In this document: piece after piece, positions 8,371 to 16,585 of the stretch
How positions within the stretch are numbered: position 1 is the first letter of the stretch
Layout: each line of letters opens with the position of its first letter
Source of the DNA: a virus
Taxonomy: Duplodnaviria; Caudoviricetes
DNA: 25,709 bases
Virus record (IMG/VR): IMGVR_UViG_3300037350_000015
Coordinates: 1-25,709 of that record
Direction: 5' to 3' (one strand)
The notes under the pieces: model-generated
The model's database searches: none
What the model was told of the DNA's origin: nothing
The model's input: only the letters and a program-made list of their open reading frames with translations
Made by a program: the position numbers and the translations under genes

Positions 8371-8655
8371 GTGGCCGAGTACCATGACCTAATCGTCAGC
8401 GTCCGCGTGTACGACCGCGCCGCGCTGCACGCCGCCGCGCTCAAGCATGCCATGACCGTGGACGGCCTGACCGAGGCCGGCGCCCTGGAACTGCTCGGCA
8501 CGCCCACGGCGCCCGACGAAGACGGCGAGGACGGAATCGACCTCTCCGCCTGCCTGCAAATGATCTTTGACCCCGGCGTCAGCCCGGACGGCTGCGACAT
8601 CGAAGAGTCGCGCGTCGAGTACATGCGCGCCGACGAAGACGAAGAGGAAGCCTGA
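8371..8655 (+). CDS. acidic hypothetical protein, 94 aa
   Basis: AAGGAG RBS, GTG start. Confidence 0.8.
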   Translation: MAEYHDLIVSVRVYDRAALHAAALKHAMTVDGLTEAGALELLGTPTAPDEDGEDGIDLSACLQMIFDPGVSPDGCDIEESRVEYMRADEDEEEA

Positions 8656-8657
8656 CC

Positions 8658-9296
8658 ATGAAATCCGCCTATACCCTGGACCGTGGCGCCATCATCGGCC
8701 CGTCTGGCGTGCATCTGGTCTCTCTCGTGCGTGCTCAACATGGCGACGGCGCGGTTTCCGAGACCGAGCTTGATCGCTTCCGCCGCCAGATTCTGGACGC
8801 GCTGAACGCTGACCCGAACCGGCCCGATCTCATCCGCTCGCCCGTCGAGGCCGCCCAAGCGGCCCTAGACGGCCATGACGCGGCGCTGCGCCTGGAGCCC
8901 GGCAACGGCCCGCGCGTGGCGCTCTTCCACCTCCTGGCCTCGCTGGTCGAATGGGCGGACGCCCAAAGCCCGCGCGTCGATTTCGACGCCGTGCTAGGCG
9001 AGGTCCGCGAGCACTTCGCGGGCGAGCGTGACCCGCTGGACGAACCCGCGCAAACGGCGGTGGTCCGCTGCGCCGACCGCATGGGCAACGTCGCCTTTGT
9101 CCGCTGGACCGAACGGCGCGGCTGGGCCTGCGTTCTCGCCAACGGGACTCCGGCTTCGATGTTCTACGCGGGCGTTCCGTCCGGCGAGGAAACCGAAACG
9201 GTGATCGCCCTTGACCGGGCGAAGACCGTGGCGGACGTGCTGCGCATCATGAAGGCGCGCGCCCGCCAATCCAAGTCCGTTGAACTGGAGGCCTAG
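8658..9296 (+). CDS. hypothetical protein, 212 aa
   Basis: Starts 2 nt after the upstream stop; GAGGA RBS. Confidence 0.85.
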   Translation: MKSAYTLDRGAIIGPSGVHLVSLVRAQHGDGAVSETELDRFRRQILDALNADPNRPDLIRSPVEAAQAALDGHDAALRLEPGNGPRVALFHLLASLVEWADAQSPRVDFDAVLGEVREHFAGERDPLDEPAQTAVVRCADRMGNVAFVRWTERRGWACVLANGTPASMFYAGVPSGEETETVIALDRAKTVADVLRIMKARARQSKSVELEA

Positions 9297-9300
9297 GACC

Positions 9301-9615
9301 ATGAACGCCTCTTACGCAACCGTCATCCTGTTTGAGATGACTCACCTTTGGGCGCAGGTTCAGAACCTGCCGGGCTCTGAGGTCGAAGGCTCTTCCGAAA
9401 AGGATCGCTTCGACCGCATGGCGCGCGAGTTCCCCGCCATGGCCCAAGCCGCGAAGCTGCTGCAATGCGCCGGCTTCGATTTCGTCAACGGGCTGCAAGG
9501 CTTCGACGCCATGTCCGGCGACCCGGAGGCGAACGCTCGCCACCTCGCCAAGCTGATCGGCATGGCGCCGGGCATCGCCTTCCCCAACTTCGGGAAGACC
9601 CCCGACCCCGCGTAA
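9301..9615 (+). CDS. hypothetical protein, 104 aa
   Basis: GGAGG RBS before ATG 9301. Confidence 0.8.
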   Translation: MNASYATVILFEMTHLWAQVQNLPGSEVEGSSEKDRFDRMAREFPAMAQAAKLLQCAGFDFVNGLQGFDAMSGDPEANARHLAKLIGMAPGIAFPNFGKTPDPA

Positions 9616-9620
9616 CGAGG

Positions 9621-9652
9621 CGCCCGGCTGGAGCGATCCGCCGGGCGTTCTC
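9621..9652 (+). terminator. hairpin, putative terminator
   Basis: CGCCCGGC(T)GGA-GCGA-TCCGCCGGGCG then TTCTCT. Confidence 0.6.
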
Positions 9653-9706
9653 TGGTCGGCCGGCGTTAACCTTAACGGTTGCGGTCCTGGCGTTTACCAT
9701 CTGGCG

Positions 9707-9738
9707 TTTACGTTTTGTTAAGGAATGGCCTCTATGGT
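9707..9738 (+). promoter_or_regulatory. array promoter P5
   Basis: TTTA-CGTTTTG-TTAA-GGAATGGCCTC-TATGGT. Confidence 0.8.
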
Positions 9739-9766
9739 AGCAGGATCGAGCAACCCCGGAGGCATC

Positions 9767-9961
9767 ATGCCCACCCCGACCGATAAGCCCCGCGCCCGCT
9801 ACTACGTCGCCACCTACGGCGACGGCGGGCTTGACGTGCAATTCTACTCTGACCCGCTGGAGTATGGCCGCGCCGTGCAATCCGCGAAGCGCGACCACGA
9901 CCGGGGCCATAACGACCACGGCGAGGACATGGACTCCTACGTCAACGGAACGGTGGATTGA
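9767..9961 (+). CDS. hypothetical protein, 64 aa
   Basis: GGAGG RBS before ATG 9767. Confidence 0.75.
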   Translation: MPTPTDKPRARYYVATYGDGGLDVQFYSDPLEYGRAVQSAKRDHDRGHNDHGEDMDSYVNGTVD

Positions 9962-9963
9962 TC

Positions 9964-10551
9964 ATGGAACGCTACACCCTGGCCGACATCAAGGCCGCGA
10001 ACACTGACGCCGGCCACTACTTTTTCAGCCCCGACACGATGCGCTTTTTCGGCGACCGCATGACTAGCTTTGCGGCCCGGCACATCGGCGGGCGCGTGTT
10101 CGTGGAGCGCACGAAGCCGAGCCCCAAAGCGCCGGACCCCGCCATGGCGCGGGCCTGCGTTGGCGAGCTTCGCGAGTTCGACCCCGAAACCGGCCACATC
10201 GGCACGAAGCTGCACGGCGAAGCGCTGGCGGAGGTTGAAGCCCTGCGCGACCTCTACGCCCAAGGCTACCGCGCCCACGAAGTGCGCAACGGCTGGACGG
10301 TGGTTCGCTCGCGCGACGGCTACGAGTCCGGCAAGATGATCGACGCCCGCCGCGCCTGGGCTGTGGCGCTGAAGGATTACCGGTTCCGCGCCAGCCGCGA
10401 GGCCAACCCGGAATCGGAGTACGTCAAGGCCGGCGCCGAGGCTTGCCGGGCGGGCGTTCCGTGGTGGAACAACCCCCACGAGTCGGGCAGTGCGAAGGCC
10501 TACGAATGGGACGCCGGCCACACCCGCGAACGGCTGGCGGTGGCGACGTGA
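9964..10551 (+). CDS. hypothetical protein, 195 aa, with a C-terminal Rmf/CrpP-like motif
   Basis: C-terminus YVKAGAEACRAGVPWWNNPHESGSAKAYEWDAGH fits the GxxAxxxG...NP...WxxG pattern. Confidence 0.8.
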   Translation: MERYTLADIKAANTDAGHYFFSPDTMRFFGDRMTSFAARHIGGRVFVERTKPSPKAPDPAMARACVGELREFDPETGHIGTKLHGEALAEVEALRDLYAQGYRAHEVRNGWTVVRSRDGYESGKMIDARRAWAVALKDYRFRASREANPESEYVKAGAEACRAGVPWWNNPHESGSAKAYEWDAGHTRERLAVAT

Positions 10552-10778
10552 ACCGCACGGGGCAACGCGCCGAGGGCAAGCGGTTCGAGGTCTACGGCGG
10601 TGAGTTCGCCGCCGAGCCTGCCGGCGGGATGCGCGATTTCCTGCGCAGCTATGCCGAGCTTGCGCCCGCCATCGCCTTCGGCGAAGGCTACATGACGCGG
10701 AGCGCCGGAGGCTGGATTCACATCTTCGACGCCTTCGAAGGCAAAGAGGTTTGGACCGACGCGCAAGGGACCTATTAA
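10548..10778 (+). CDS. hypothetical protein, 76 aa
   Basis: GTGA-coupled start; its TAA stop lies inside promoter P6. Confidence 0.75.
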   Translation: MNRTGQRAEGKRFEVYGGEFAAEPAGGMRDFLRSYAELAPAIAFGEGYMTRSAGGWIHIFDAFEGKEVWTDAQGTY

Positions 10779-10806
10779 CGGCTTGTTAAGGAATGGCCGC
10801 TACGGT
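10775..10806 (+). promoter_or_regulatory. array promoter P6 (perfect TTAA-N7-TTAA)
   Basis: TTAA-CGGCTTG-TTAA-GGAATGGCCGC-TACGGT. Confidence 0.85.
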
Positions 10807-10838
10807 GGTCAGGTCAAGCAACTGGAGGCCTTCCGGCC

Positions 10839-11300
10839 ATGGAAATCAAAGAACCCCGTTACGTTGCCTTCCCGTTCGGTGCCGGGCTCGCCTACGCCCC
10901 GCACGCTGGGCAATTCGTGACGCCGGCGCCGCGTTCCTACAAGACCCCGGCGCACGCCCAACTCGCCAACCCCACGGGCCGGCTCTACGTCTGCGAACTG
11001 GACGAAGAAAACGACCGCCTGGACGTGATCGCGCAATATGCGAGCTACCCCGTGACCCTTCAAGAGGTCCGCGCGGCTGGTCGTGGCGCGACCGCCGAGG
11101 GCGCGGTGGTCCTTCGCGACATGGGGCCGCGCGAGGTGCATCGCTGGGTGATCCACTACCGCAACGACCAGATGGGCGGCTACTCCGGCGGCAACTATTT
11201 CGAGGACTACGCGACCGCCGTCGCCGCCTTCGCCGAGGACGCCGCGCGCGAGCTTCGCCGCATCCATCTCGCCAACCTGCCCGAGCCTGCCGAGGCCTGA
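10839..11300 (+). CDS. hypothetical protein, 153 aa
   Basis: GGAGG RBS; follows P6. Confidence 0.85.
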   Translation: MEIKEPRYVAFPFGAGLAYAPHAGQFVTPAPRSYKTPAHAQLANPTGRLYVCELDEENDRLDVIAQYASYPVTLQEVRAAGRGATAEGAVVLRDMGPREVHRWVIHYRNDQMGGYSGGNYFEDYATAVAAFAEDAARELRRIHLANLPEPAEA

Positions 11301-11304
11301 GACC

Positions 11305-11340
11305 CCGCCCGCCGGCGCCCATGCGCCGGCGGGCGATCTC
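11305..11340 (+). terminator. GC hairpin, putative terminator
   Basis: CGCCCGCCGGCGC-CCAT-GCGCCGGCGGGCG with a weak U tract. Confidence 0.55.
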
Positions 11341-11435
11341 CGGCGGGGCCACGTTAACCTTAACCGATCGACCGCCGGCGTTAAGGTTAACCGCCGGCCG
11401 TCCGCCGTTAACCATGTTCGAGAGGCTGGGATTTG

Positions 11436-11467
11436 GTAACGAATTGTTAAGGAATTGCCGGTAGGGT
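11436..11467 (+). promoter_or_regulatory. array promoter P7
   Basis: GTAA-CGAATTG-TTAA-GGAATTGCCGG-TAGGGT; upstream boxes at 11354, 11381 and 11408. Confidence 0.8.
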
Positions 11468-11509
11468 CTGGAGATCGGCGCGACCTGCGCCCTATCTGGA
11501 GCCCTGACA

Positions 11510-12286
11510 ATGTCCGTTGTCCTGACCCTGCGCTATCACGATTCCGAGCCCGGCGGCGGCATCTGCAAAGATGACGCGGACGCCAAGGCCGAAGCCGCCA
11601 AGGTGGCGCGCGAGGTGCTGAACGACCTCGCCGACGAAGGCGAACTAGAGGAACAAATCCTCGCCGCCTTGGCCGCTCGCGACCCCGCCGACGCGCCCAA
11701 CTTGGGCGCCGCCATGACCGTGCAACACGTGCTGAGCGACGAATCGGCGGAGGTCGATACCGACCTTTTGACCGATGACGAAGCCCTGGACATCGCCGCC
11801 GAGCTTATGGCGTTCGAATGGGACACCCTGCCCGGCGAGCCCGAGCCGACCGGCCCGACTCCCGTCGTGGTGATCGCGGCGGGCGTGCGGTGCGCGCTGG
11901 CGGTAATCGAGGCCTGGGAAGACGGTGACCTAGCCGCCGCCGTCCGCGAACTGGCGGACTGGACTCGCGACGCCCGCAAGGACTTCCCGGACCTCGACTT
12001 GGCCGGCGCGCCCGGCTGCGATGACGAAGAGGTTTCGCTTTGCGTCCTGGACATCAAGCCCGGCGACCGCGTCGACCTGAAAGGCGTCTATGACAAGGAC
12101 TCCGTGGAAGCCAACGCCGCCGAGTTCGAATATGGGCGGGTGATCGGTGGCGAGCGCGAAACCGACGACTGCATGCGCCTCGACTTCGAGAACTTCCCTT
12201 CCTTCGGCTTCGAGGCGTGGCGCGACCTGCCCGTGATCAAGGGTTCGGCCGCCGACCGCCTTTTCTACAACGAAGGCGAAGCGTGA
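11510..12286 (+). CDS. very acidic hypothetical protein, 258 aa
   Basis: GGAG RBS; D/E-rich. Confidence 0.85.
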   Translation: MSVVLTLRYHDSEPGGGICKDDADAKAEAAKVAREVLNDLADEGELEEQILAALAARDPADAPNLGAAMTVQHVLSDESAEVDTDLLTDDEALDIAAELMAFEWDTLPGEPEPTGPTPVVVIAAGVRCALAVIEAWEDGDLAAAVRELADWTRDARKDFPDLDLAGAPGCDDEEVSLCVLDIKPGDRVDLKGVYDKDSVEANAAEFEYGRVIGGERETDDCMRLDFENFPSFGFEAWRDLPVIKGSAADRLFYNEGEA

Positions 12287-12558
12287 TGCGCGCGGCAATC
12301 GAGGCCACGGCGCACGCCGTGCAAATGTCCCGGCGCCTCAACGTGCGGACTCGGGTGGCGGTAGTCGGGCGGCTCTTCGTCCTGGCGGAGGCTCTGGCCT
12401 TCGCCGACCGCCCGCCGCTGGTCATGCTGGCGGAGGCGCTGCGGGACTGTGAGGCGGCGGCGGACAAGAACGGCGACACCCGGCTTGCGCTGATCCTGCG
12501 GGACGCGCGCGGCGAGGCGTCGGCGCATGCGGCTTACGCCCTCCAATGGGCCGCGTGA
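12286..12558 (+). CDS. hypothetical protein, 90 aa
   Basis: TGATG overlap with the upstream stop. Confidence 0.7.
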   Translation: MRAAIEATAHAVQMSRRLNVRTRVAVVGRLFVLAEALAFADRPPLVMLAEALRDCEAAADKNGDTRLALILRDARGEASAHAAYALQWAA

Positions 12559-12562
12559 ACCT

Positions 12563-12663
12563 GAGTCACGTTTCCCACCACCGCTGACTCGAAAATCGAG
12601 TCACTTTAGCCCCCATCTGTGACTCCGTCATCATCGAGTCACGTTTCCTACCATCACTGACTC
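12563..12663. repeat. three tandem 28-bp dyads GAGTCA-N16-TGACTC
   Basis: Units at 12563-12590, 12598-12625 and 12636-12663. Units 1 and 3 are near-identical. Six GANTC sites lie within 101 bp. Confidence 0.9.
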
Positions 12664-12680
12664 GAAAGGAGCTTAACCCA

Positions 12681-12755
12681 TTGGAAATCATGTTGAAGTT
12701 GCTGGAGCACGGCAAGCTTGTGTTCGCGGTGTTCCTGCTCTTCCTGCTACACTGA
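12681..12755 (+). CDS. small hydrophobic peptide (MEI)MLKLLEHGKLVFAVFLLFLLH
   Basis: AAAGGAG at ~12665, TTG 12681 or ATG 12690 in frame, TGA 12753-12755. Confidence 0.45.
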   Translation: MEIMLKLLEHGKLVFAVFLLFLLH

Positions 12756-12762
12756 CCCGAGA

Positions 12763-12794
12763 GTAACGCTTTGTTAAGGAATGGGCGCTAGGCT
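12763..12794 (+). promoter_or_regulatory. array promoter P8
   Basis: GTAA-CGCTTTG-TTAA-GGAATGGGCGC-TAGGCT. Confidence 0.8.
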
Positions 12795-12836
12795 CGGACC
12801 ATCGGGCCTAGCGCCCTCACCCCTGGAGCCAAGACC

Positions 12837-13100
12837 ATGGCTAAGCTGACCTGCACCCCGGCCTTTACGCACGATTGCGACAAGTGCCGCTTTCGCGCCC
12901 ACGTCGCCCCGGCGACCGGCCCGGCCTTCGACCTTTGGGACGGCTGCGACGGAACCGTGATCGCGCGGACCTCCAGCGACGGCCCGGATTACCACTGCAT
13001 GGACTCTAGCTTCGCCCCGCGCTTCGCGGGCGACGTGGCGTCGATCATGGGGCGCGCCTTCTATGTGCGCGACCTGCTAGACCGGGCGGCGGCGGTATGA
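12837..13100 (+). CDS. hypothetical Cys-containing protein, 87 aa (HDCDKC)
   Basis: GGAG RBS; follows P8. Confidence 0.8.
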   Translation: MAKLTCTPAFTHDCDKCRFRAHVAPATGPAFDLWDGCDGTVIARTSSDGPDYHCMDSSFAPRFAGDVASIMGRAFYVRDLLDRAAAV

Positions 13101-13333
13101 GCCTCCGCGTTCACCTGATCGCGGAGCTTATCGACCGTCCGGGGACGCGCGGCGGGGTCCGCACGGCGTGCGGAGAAACCGGCTTCAAGTCCCTGCGGCT
13201 GGTCTATGCCGACTCGGAATGGGAAGCCGACCGCCGGCTAGGCGGGCTGGTCGCGGTGCGGGAAATGAAGTTCCACCCGCGCGGGGCGTGCGCGCGCTGC
13301 GTCAAGGCGTGGCAGGACGGCGCCGGCATCTGA
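13097..13333 (+). CDS. hypothetical protein, 78 aa, possible Zn-binding (H...TACG...CARC)
   Basis: ATGA overlap with the upstream stop. Confidence 0.75.
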   Translation: MSLRVHLIAELIDRPGTRGGVRTACGETGFKSLRLVYADSEWEADRRLGGLVAVREMKFHPRGACARCVKAWQDGAGI

Positions 13334-13400
13334 GGCGCGCCCGGCCGCCGTTAAGGTTAACCGGGGCTGAACCGCGCCGGCGCCAGATGATCGATCGGCG

Positions 13401-13432
13401 TTTACCTCTTGTTAAGGAATGGCTGTTAGGGT
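13401..13432 (+). promoter_or_regulatory. array promoter P9
   Basis: TTTA-CCTCTTG-TTAA-GGAATGGCTGT-TAGGGT. Confidence 0.8.
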
Positions 13433-13474
13433 CTGATATGGGCCAAGCGCCCGCCAGCTTTTGGAGCTTCGATC

Positions 13475-13750
13475 ATGGCGCAATTCGCCACTGTCACCGG
13501 CCCGGCCTATTGGGCGTCCTACCTGATCAACGGCGACGCGTCGGGGCTGGAGCCCGGCGAGCAAGCCAAGGTTGACGCGTGGCTTGACCGTGAGGGCATT
13601 CACTCTGTCGTGAGCGACGCGACCGACGAAGACGGCGAGTCCGCCGAACCCCGGTTTACGTGGTCAATGGACCTGTACGCGCCTGAGCTAGGGTGTCAGG
13701 GTGGCGACGTTCTGGATTACGTGTGTTCGATGCGGGAGCCCGGCCAATGA
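13475..13750 (+). CDS. acidic hypothetical protein, 91 aa (WASYLINGDASGL)
   Basis: GGAG RBS. Confidence 0.85.
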   Translation: MAQFATVTGPAYWASYLINGDASGLEPGEQAKVDAWLDREGIHSVVSDATDEDGESAEPRFTWSMDLYAPELGCQGGDVLDYVCSMREPGQ

Positions 13751-14037
13751 AGCCCGCCGCCTATGTCCTTTGGGCCGCGACCGTGTACGCCTACCGGGTG
13801 ACGGTCTATGACGCCGACCTGCAACCGCTGGAGGAATACACCGGCGGCAACTCGCGCTTTGACTCCGCCGCCTTCGTGCCGGCGGAGGAAGGCGAGAGCT
13901 TGGAGACCATGACCGCCTACGCCAAAATCACGGCGGCGGAAATGGCGAACAAGTGGGGCGTCGCGCCAATCGATATCAACGAAGACGCCGACGAAACCGA
14001 CTATCTGCGCGAGACCTACGCGCCGCGTGCCGCATGA
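13747..14037 (+). CDS. hypothetical protein, 96 aa
   Basis: ATGA overlap, GGGAG RBS. Confidence 0.8.
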   Translation: MKPAAYVLWAATVYAYRVTVYDADLQPLEEYTGGNSRFDSAAFVPAEEGESLETMTAYAKITAAEMANKWGVAPIDINEDADETDYLRETYAPRAA

Positions 14038-14408
14038 CCCGCGCCTATCACCCCGCCACCCTGGCGACCTTCAACGCTCCGGTTCGCGGCGTCTACATCG
14101 CGCCCGCGCTTCCGGTAGCGGCGACGCGCCCGACCCGCAACGCCGCCGGCATGACCGCGACCTATGCCCGGAACGAACGCGCCAACCGGCGCAAGGGCAG
14201 GCTGAGCGAGGACGCCTTGCGGCTGCTGGTCAAGGGGACGCTCGACTCCTTGGGCGGGCTCGACTCCACCCTGGAGCGCGTCCCGTGCGCGTGCTGCGGC
14301 AACCGCACGGACAAGCTCCGCCTTCGCGACGGCGCGGCCAAGACTCGCCGGCTGCGGCTCGCGCGCCTGAAGCGCCAGCGCCTCGCCCGGACGCGGCGGC
14401 TCCCGTGA
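14034..14408 (+). CDS. basic (Arg-rich) hypothetical protein, 124 aa, with CACCG
   Basis: ATGA overlap with the upstream stop. Confidence 0.65.
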   Translation: MTRAYHPATLATFNAPVRGVYIAPALPVAATRPTRNAAGMTATYARNERANRRKGRLSEDALRLLVKGTLDSLGGLDSTLERVPCACCGNRTDKLRLRDGAAKTRRLRLARLKRQRLARTRRLP

Positions 14409-14511
14409 TCGGGCGCCGATCCGCGCCGGCGCACCGTTAAGGTTAACGCCCGGCCGCGATCCGTTAAGGTTAACCCGAGCCTAACAGCCAGCGCGAACAA
14501 TCGACCGGGCG

Positions 14512-14543
14512 TTTACGTTTTGTTAAGGAATGGGTGCGATCCT
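14512..14543 (+). promoter_or_regulatory. array promoter P10
   Basis: TTTA-CGTTTTG-TTAA-GGAATGGGTGC-GATCCT; boxes at 14437 and 14464. Confidence 0.8.
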
Positions 14544-14580
14544 ACACGCTCGAACGCAACCCCTTGGACTGGAGTCCGCA

Positions 14581-15357
14581 ATGCCCGTTCTGCCCTTCAC
14601 CTGGACCGCCGCCTTTGTGCTCGCCAATGAGCGCGTGGAAATCACGGTGGCGTCGTCGCACCTCAACCCCGAGCCCTACGTTTCGTTCACCGGCAGCATG
14701 GGCGGCGGCGCCGGCCAAATCGTCGACTCGCTGCGCACCGGCGCCGAAGGCCTGGAGAACGCCAGCGACATAACCGACATCTGCGACGCCTGGGATGCGC
14801 TGCACATGAAGCGGATTCCCGACCTCGACGCGGCGCAAGTCGCCTTGCTCGACTCGGTCGAAACCCTGCTGATCATCGCCAACGGCGAGCGCTACGGCTC
14901 GGCGCCCGACAAGCTGGAGGACATCGACGACGCCGACTTTTCGAACACGTCGGATTACATCGACTCGCGCGACGTGATCAAGCGAATCGAAACCCTCGCC
15001 GCCGCCTTCGAAGCCGCCGGCCTGGACCCCGACAAGCTGGACCCGGCGAGCCCCGACTATGACGCCCAAGGCCTGGAGGAAGACGACTCCGCCCATGACG
15101 TGGCCGCCGAGCTTAAGGCGCTCCGCGATCTGGAGGACGAAGCGGACGGCTGCGGCGATTGGCAACACGGCGCGACCCTCATTCGCGAGTCCTATTTCGA
15201 GGACTACGCCCGCGAACTGGCGGAGGACATCGGCGGGATCGATAAAGACGCCGGCTGGCCTGCGCAGTTCATCGATTGGCCCGCCGCCGCCGAAGCGCTC
15301 AAGATGGATTACACCGCCGTGGATTTCGACGGCGAGACCTATTACGTCCGGAGCTAG
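14581..15357 (+). CDS. acidic protein with an ArdA-like C-terminal domain (putative antirestriction DNA mimic), 258 aa
   Basis: GGAG RBS. C-terminus FEDYARELAEDIG...WPAQFIDWPAAAEALKMDY...YYVRS resembles ArdA C-terminal domains (recognised by eye). Very D/E-rich. Confidence 0.65.
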   Translation: MPVLPFTWTAAFVLANERVEITVASSHLNPEPYVSFTGSMGGGAGQIVDSLRTGAEGLENASDITDICDAWDALHMKRIPDLDAAQVALLDSVETLLIIANGERYGSAPDKLEDIDDADFSNTSDYIDSRDVIKRIETLAAAFEAAGLDPDKLDPASPDYDAQGLEEDDSAHDVAAELKALRDLEDEADGCGDWQHGATLIRESYFEDYARELAEDIGGIDKDAGWPAQFIDWPAAAEALKMDYTAVDFDGETYYVRS

Positions 15358-15363
15358 ACCCGG

Positions 15364-15395
15364 CGCCCCGGCGGAGTGATCCGCCGGGGCGATTT
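15364..15395 (+). terminator. GC hairpin with GNRA loop, putative terminator
   Basis: CGCCCCGGCGGA-GTGA-TCCGCCGGGGCG-ATTT. Confidence 0.7.
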
Positions 15396-15441
15396 CCGGG
15401 CGATCGGCGTTAAGGTTAACGCGAACGGGCTTGCCCCGGCG

Positions 15442-15473
15442 TTTACTTCTTGTTAAGGAATGGCTGCTAGGGT
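15442..15473 (+). promoter_or_regulatory. array promoter P11
   Basis: TTTA-CTTCTTG-TTAA-GGAATGGCTGC-TAGGGT. Confidence 0.8.
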
Positions 15474-15517
15474 GCGAAGGTCAGGCGCACCCGCGCCGCC
15501 CGATCTGGAGCCTGCAA

Positions 15518-16174
15518 ATGGCAAAGCATACGTTCATCTTCCGCACCTATGCGAGCGACGAAACCGAGAACTGGACCCTTCCCGACGGCTTGGCCGGCGC
15601 GACCGCGTTCGGGCTCTATTTCTTCCTCGAAGGCGAGGCGACTCACATCTGCTCTTTCGAGGGTAGCTCGCGCGTCGAATTCCTCGAAAACGTGTTCGTC
15701 GGCGCCGACGACGAAGAGGCCGCCGAACGCATCCGCGACCGGGGCGACCTCACTTACGAAAACGGCGGGGAATGGACCTCTTACTTTGGGTTCATTGACG
15801 TGACCTCGCCGCGCGTCGCCCCCTACATCGGCGCTCCCGAGCCCTTCACCTTGGACTCGGCGGACTATGACCTAGACCCGGAAGAGTACGCCGCCCAATT
15901 GGCCAAGTCGCTGCGCTTTGGCGTCTCGCCTCAACAGGCGCACGCCGACGCCCGCCGGGCCTGCCTTCGCGAGTTCGCCTATGAAGCCGCGCGGGAATCC
16001 TTCAGCGGCAACTCGCCGGCCGAACCGCCGATCCTAGCCGGCGGCGCCGTGCTCGCCGCGCACAAGCTCCGCGCGGTCATGCGGGCGGCTGAGTACGCCG
16101 AACGCCGGGGCGAGTCCACGGCTCCGCTCTTCGCCGCCGCTGGCGTCCCCGCGCCGCTCGCCGCGCACCCGTAA
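15518..16174 (+). CDS. hypothetical protein, 218 aa
   Basis: GGAG RBS before ATG 15518; TAA stop inside P12. Confidence 0.85.
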   Translation: MAKHTFIFRTYASDETENWTLPDGLAGATAFGLYFFLEGEATHICSFEGSSRVEFLENVFVGADDEEAAERIRDRGDLTYENGGEWTSYFGFIDVTSPRVAPYIGAPEPFTLDSADYDLDPEEYAAQLAKSLRFGVSPQQAHADARRACLREFAYEAARESFSGNSPAEPPILAGGAVLAAHKLRAVMRAAEYAERRGESTAPLFAAAGVPAPLAAHP

Positions 16175-16211
16175 CCGGTTGTTAAGACCTCGCCGCTACG
16201 GTGGCGAGGTC
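16171..16211 (+). promoter_or_regulatory. array promoter P12, hairpin variant
   Basis: GTAA-CCGGTTG-TTAA-GACCTCGCCGC-TACGGT-GGCGAGGTC; the -10 lies at the apex of a stem-loop. Confidence 0.75.
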
Positions 16212-16230
16212 ACAGCAAAGGAGTCACCCC

Positions 16231-16542
16231 GTGGCGCTGAAAGAACTCACTAAGGAAGGCCGATTCGAGTGCGGCCTTGACGCTCTGGTCAAGGGCAAGG
16301 ATTGGGCCTTTACCGCCGTGGTCGGCGACCATTGCGCCGCTCGCCTGGGCGTCGCTATCGCCAATGAGGCGGGTTACGTCCCTATCCCTGAGACCTGGGC
16401 GAACGCCGACGATTACGACGCTATGGAAGCGCACGCCGACGCGCTGAACCGGGCCGAAGGCCTGGACCCGCGCACCGCCGCCCTTATCGTGGTCTCGACC
16501 ATGGGCGGGATTCAGTTCCGCCGCGAACTCGCCGGCGCCTAG
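16231..16542 (+). CDS. hypothetical protein, 103 aa
   Basis: AAGGAG RBS, GTG start. Confidence 0.8.
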   Translation: MALKELTKEGRFECGLDALVKGKDWAFTAVVGDHCAARLGVAIANEAGYVPIPETWANADDYDAMEAHADALNRAEGLDPRTAALIVVSTMGGIQFRRELAGA

Positions 16543-16551
16543 CCTGAGATC

Positions 16552-16585
16552 GCCCGCCCGGCTTCGCGCCGGGCGGGCTTTCTTC
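16552..16585 (+). terminator. intrinsic terminator
   Basis: GCCCGCCCGGC-TTCGC-GCCGGGCGGGC-TTTCTT. Confidence 0.8.

Noticed and set aside
12563-12663. Xer dif sites
   Set aside because: The length is 28 bp, but there is no XerD-arm TTATGTTAAAT-like sequence and the symmetry is 6-16-6 rather than 11-6-11.
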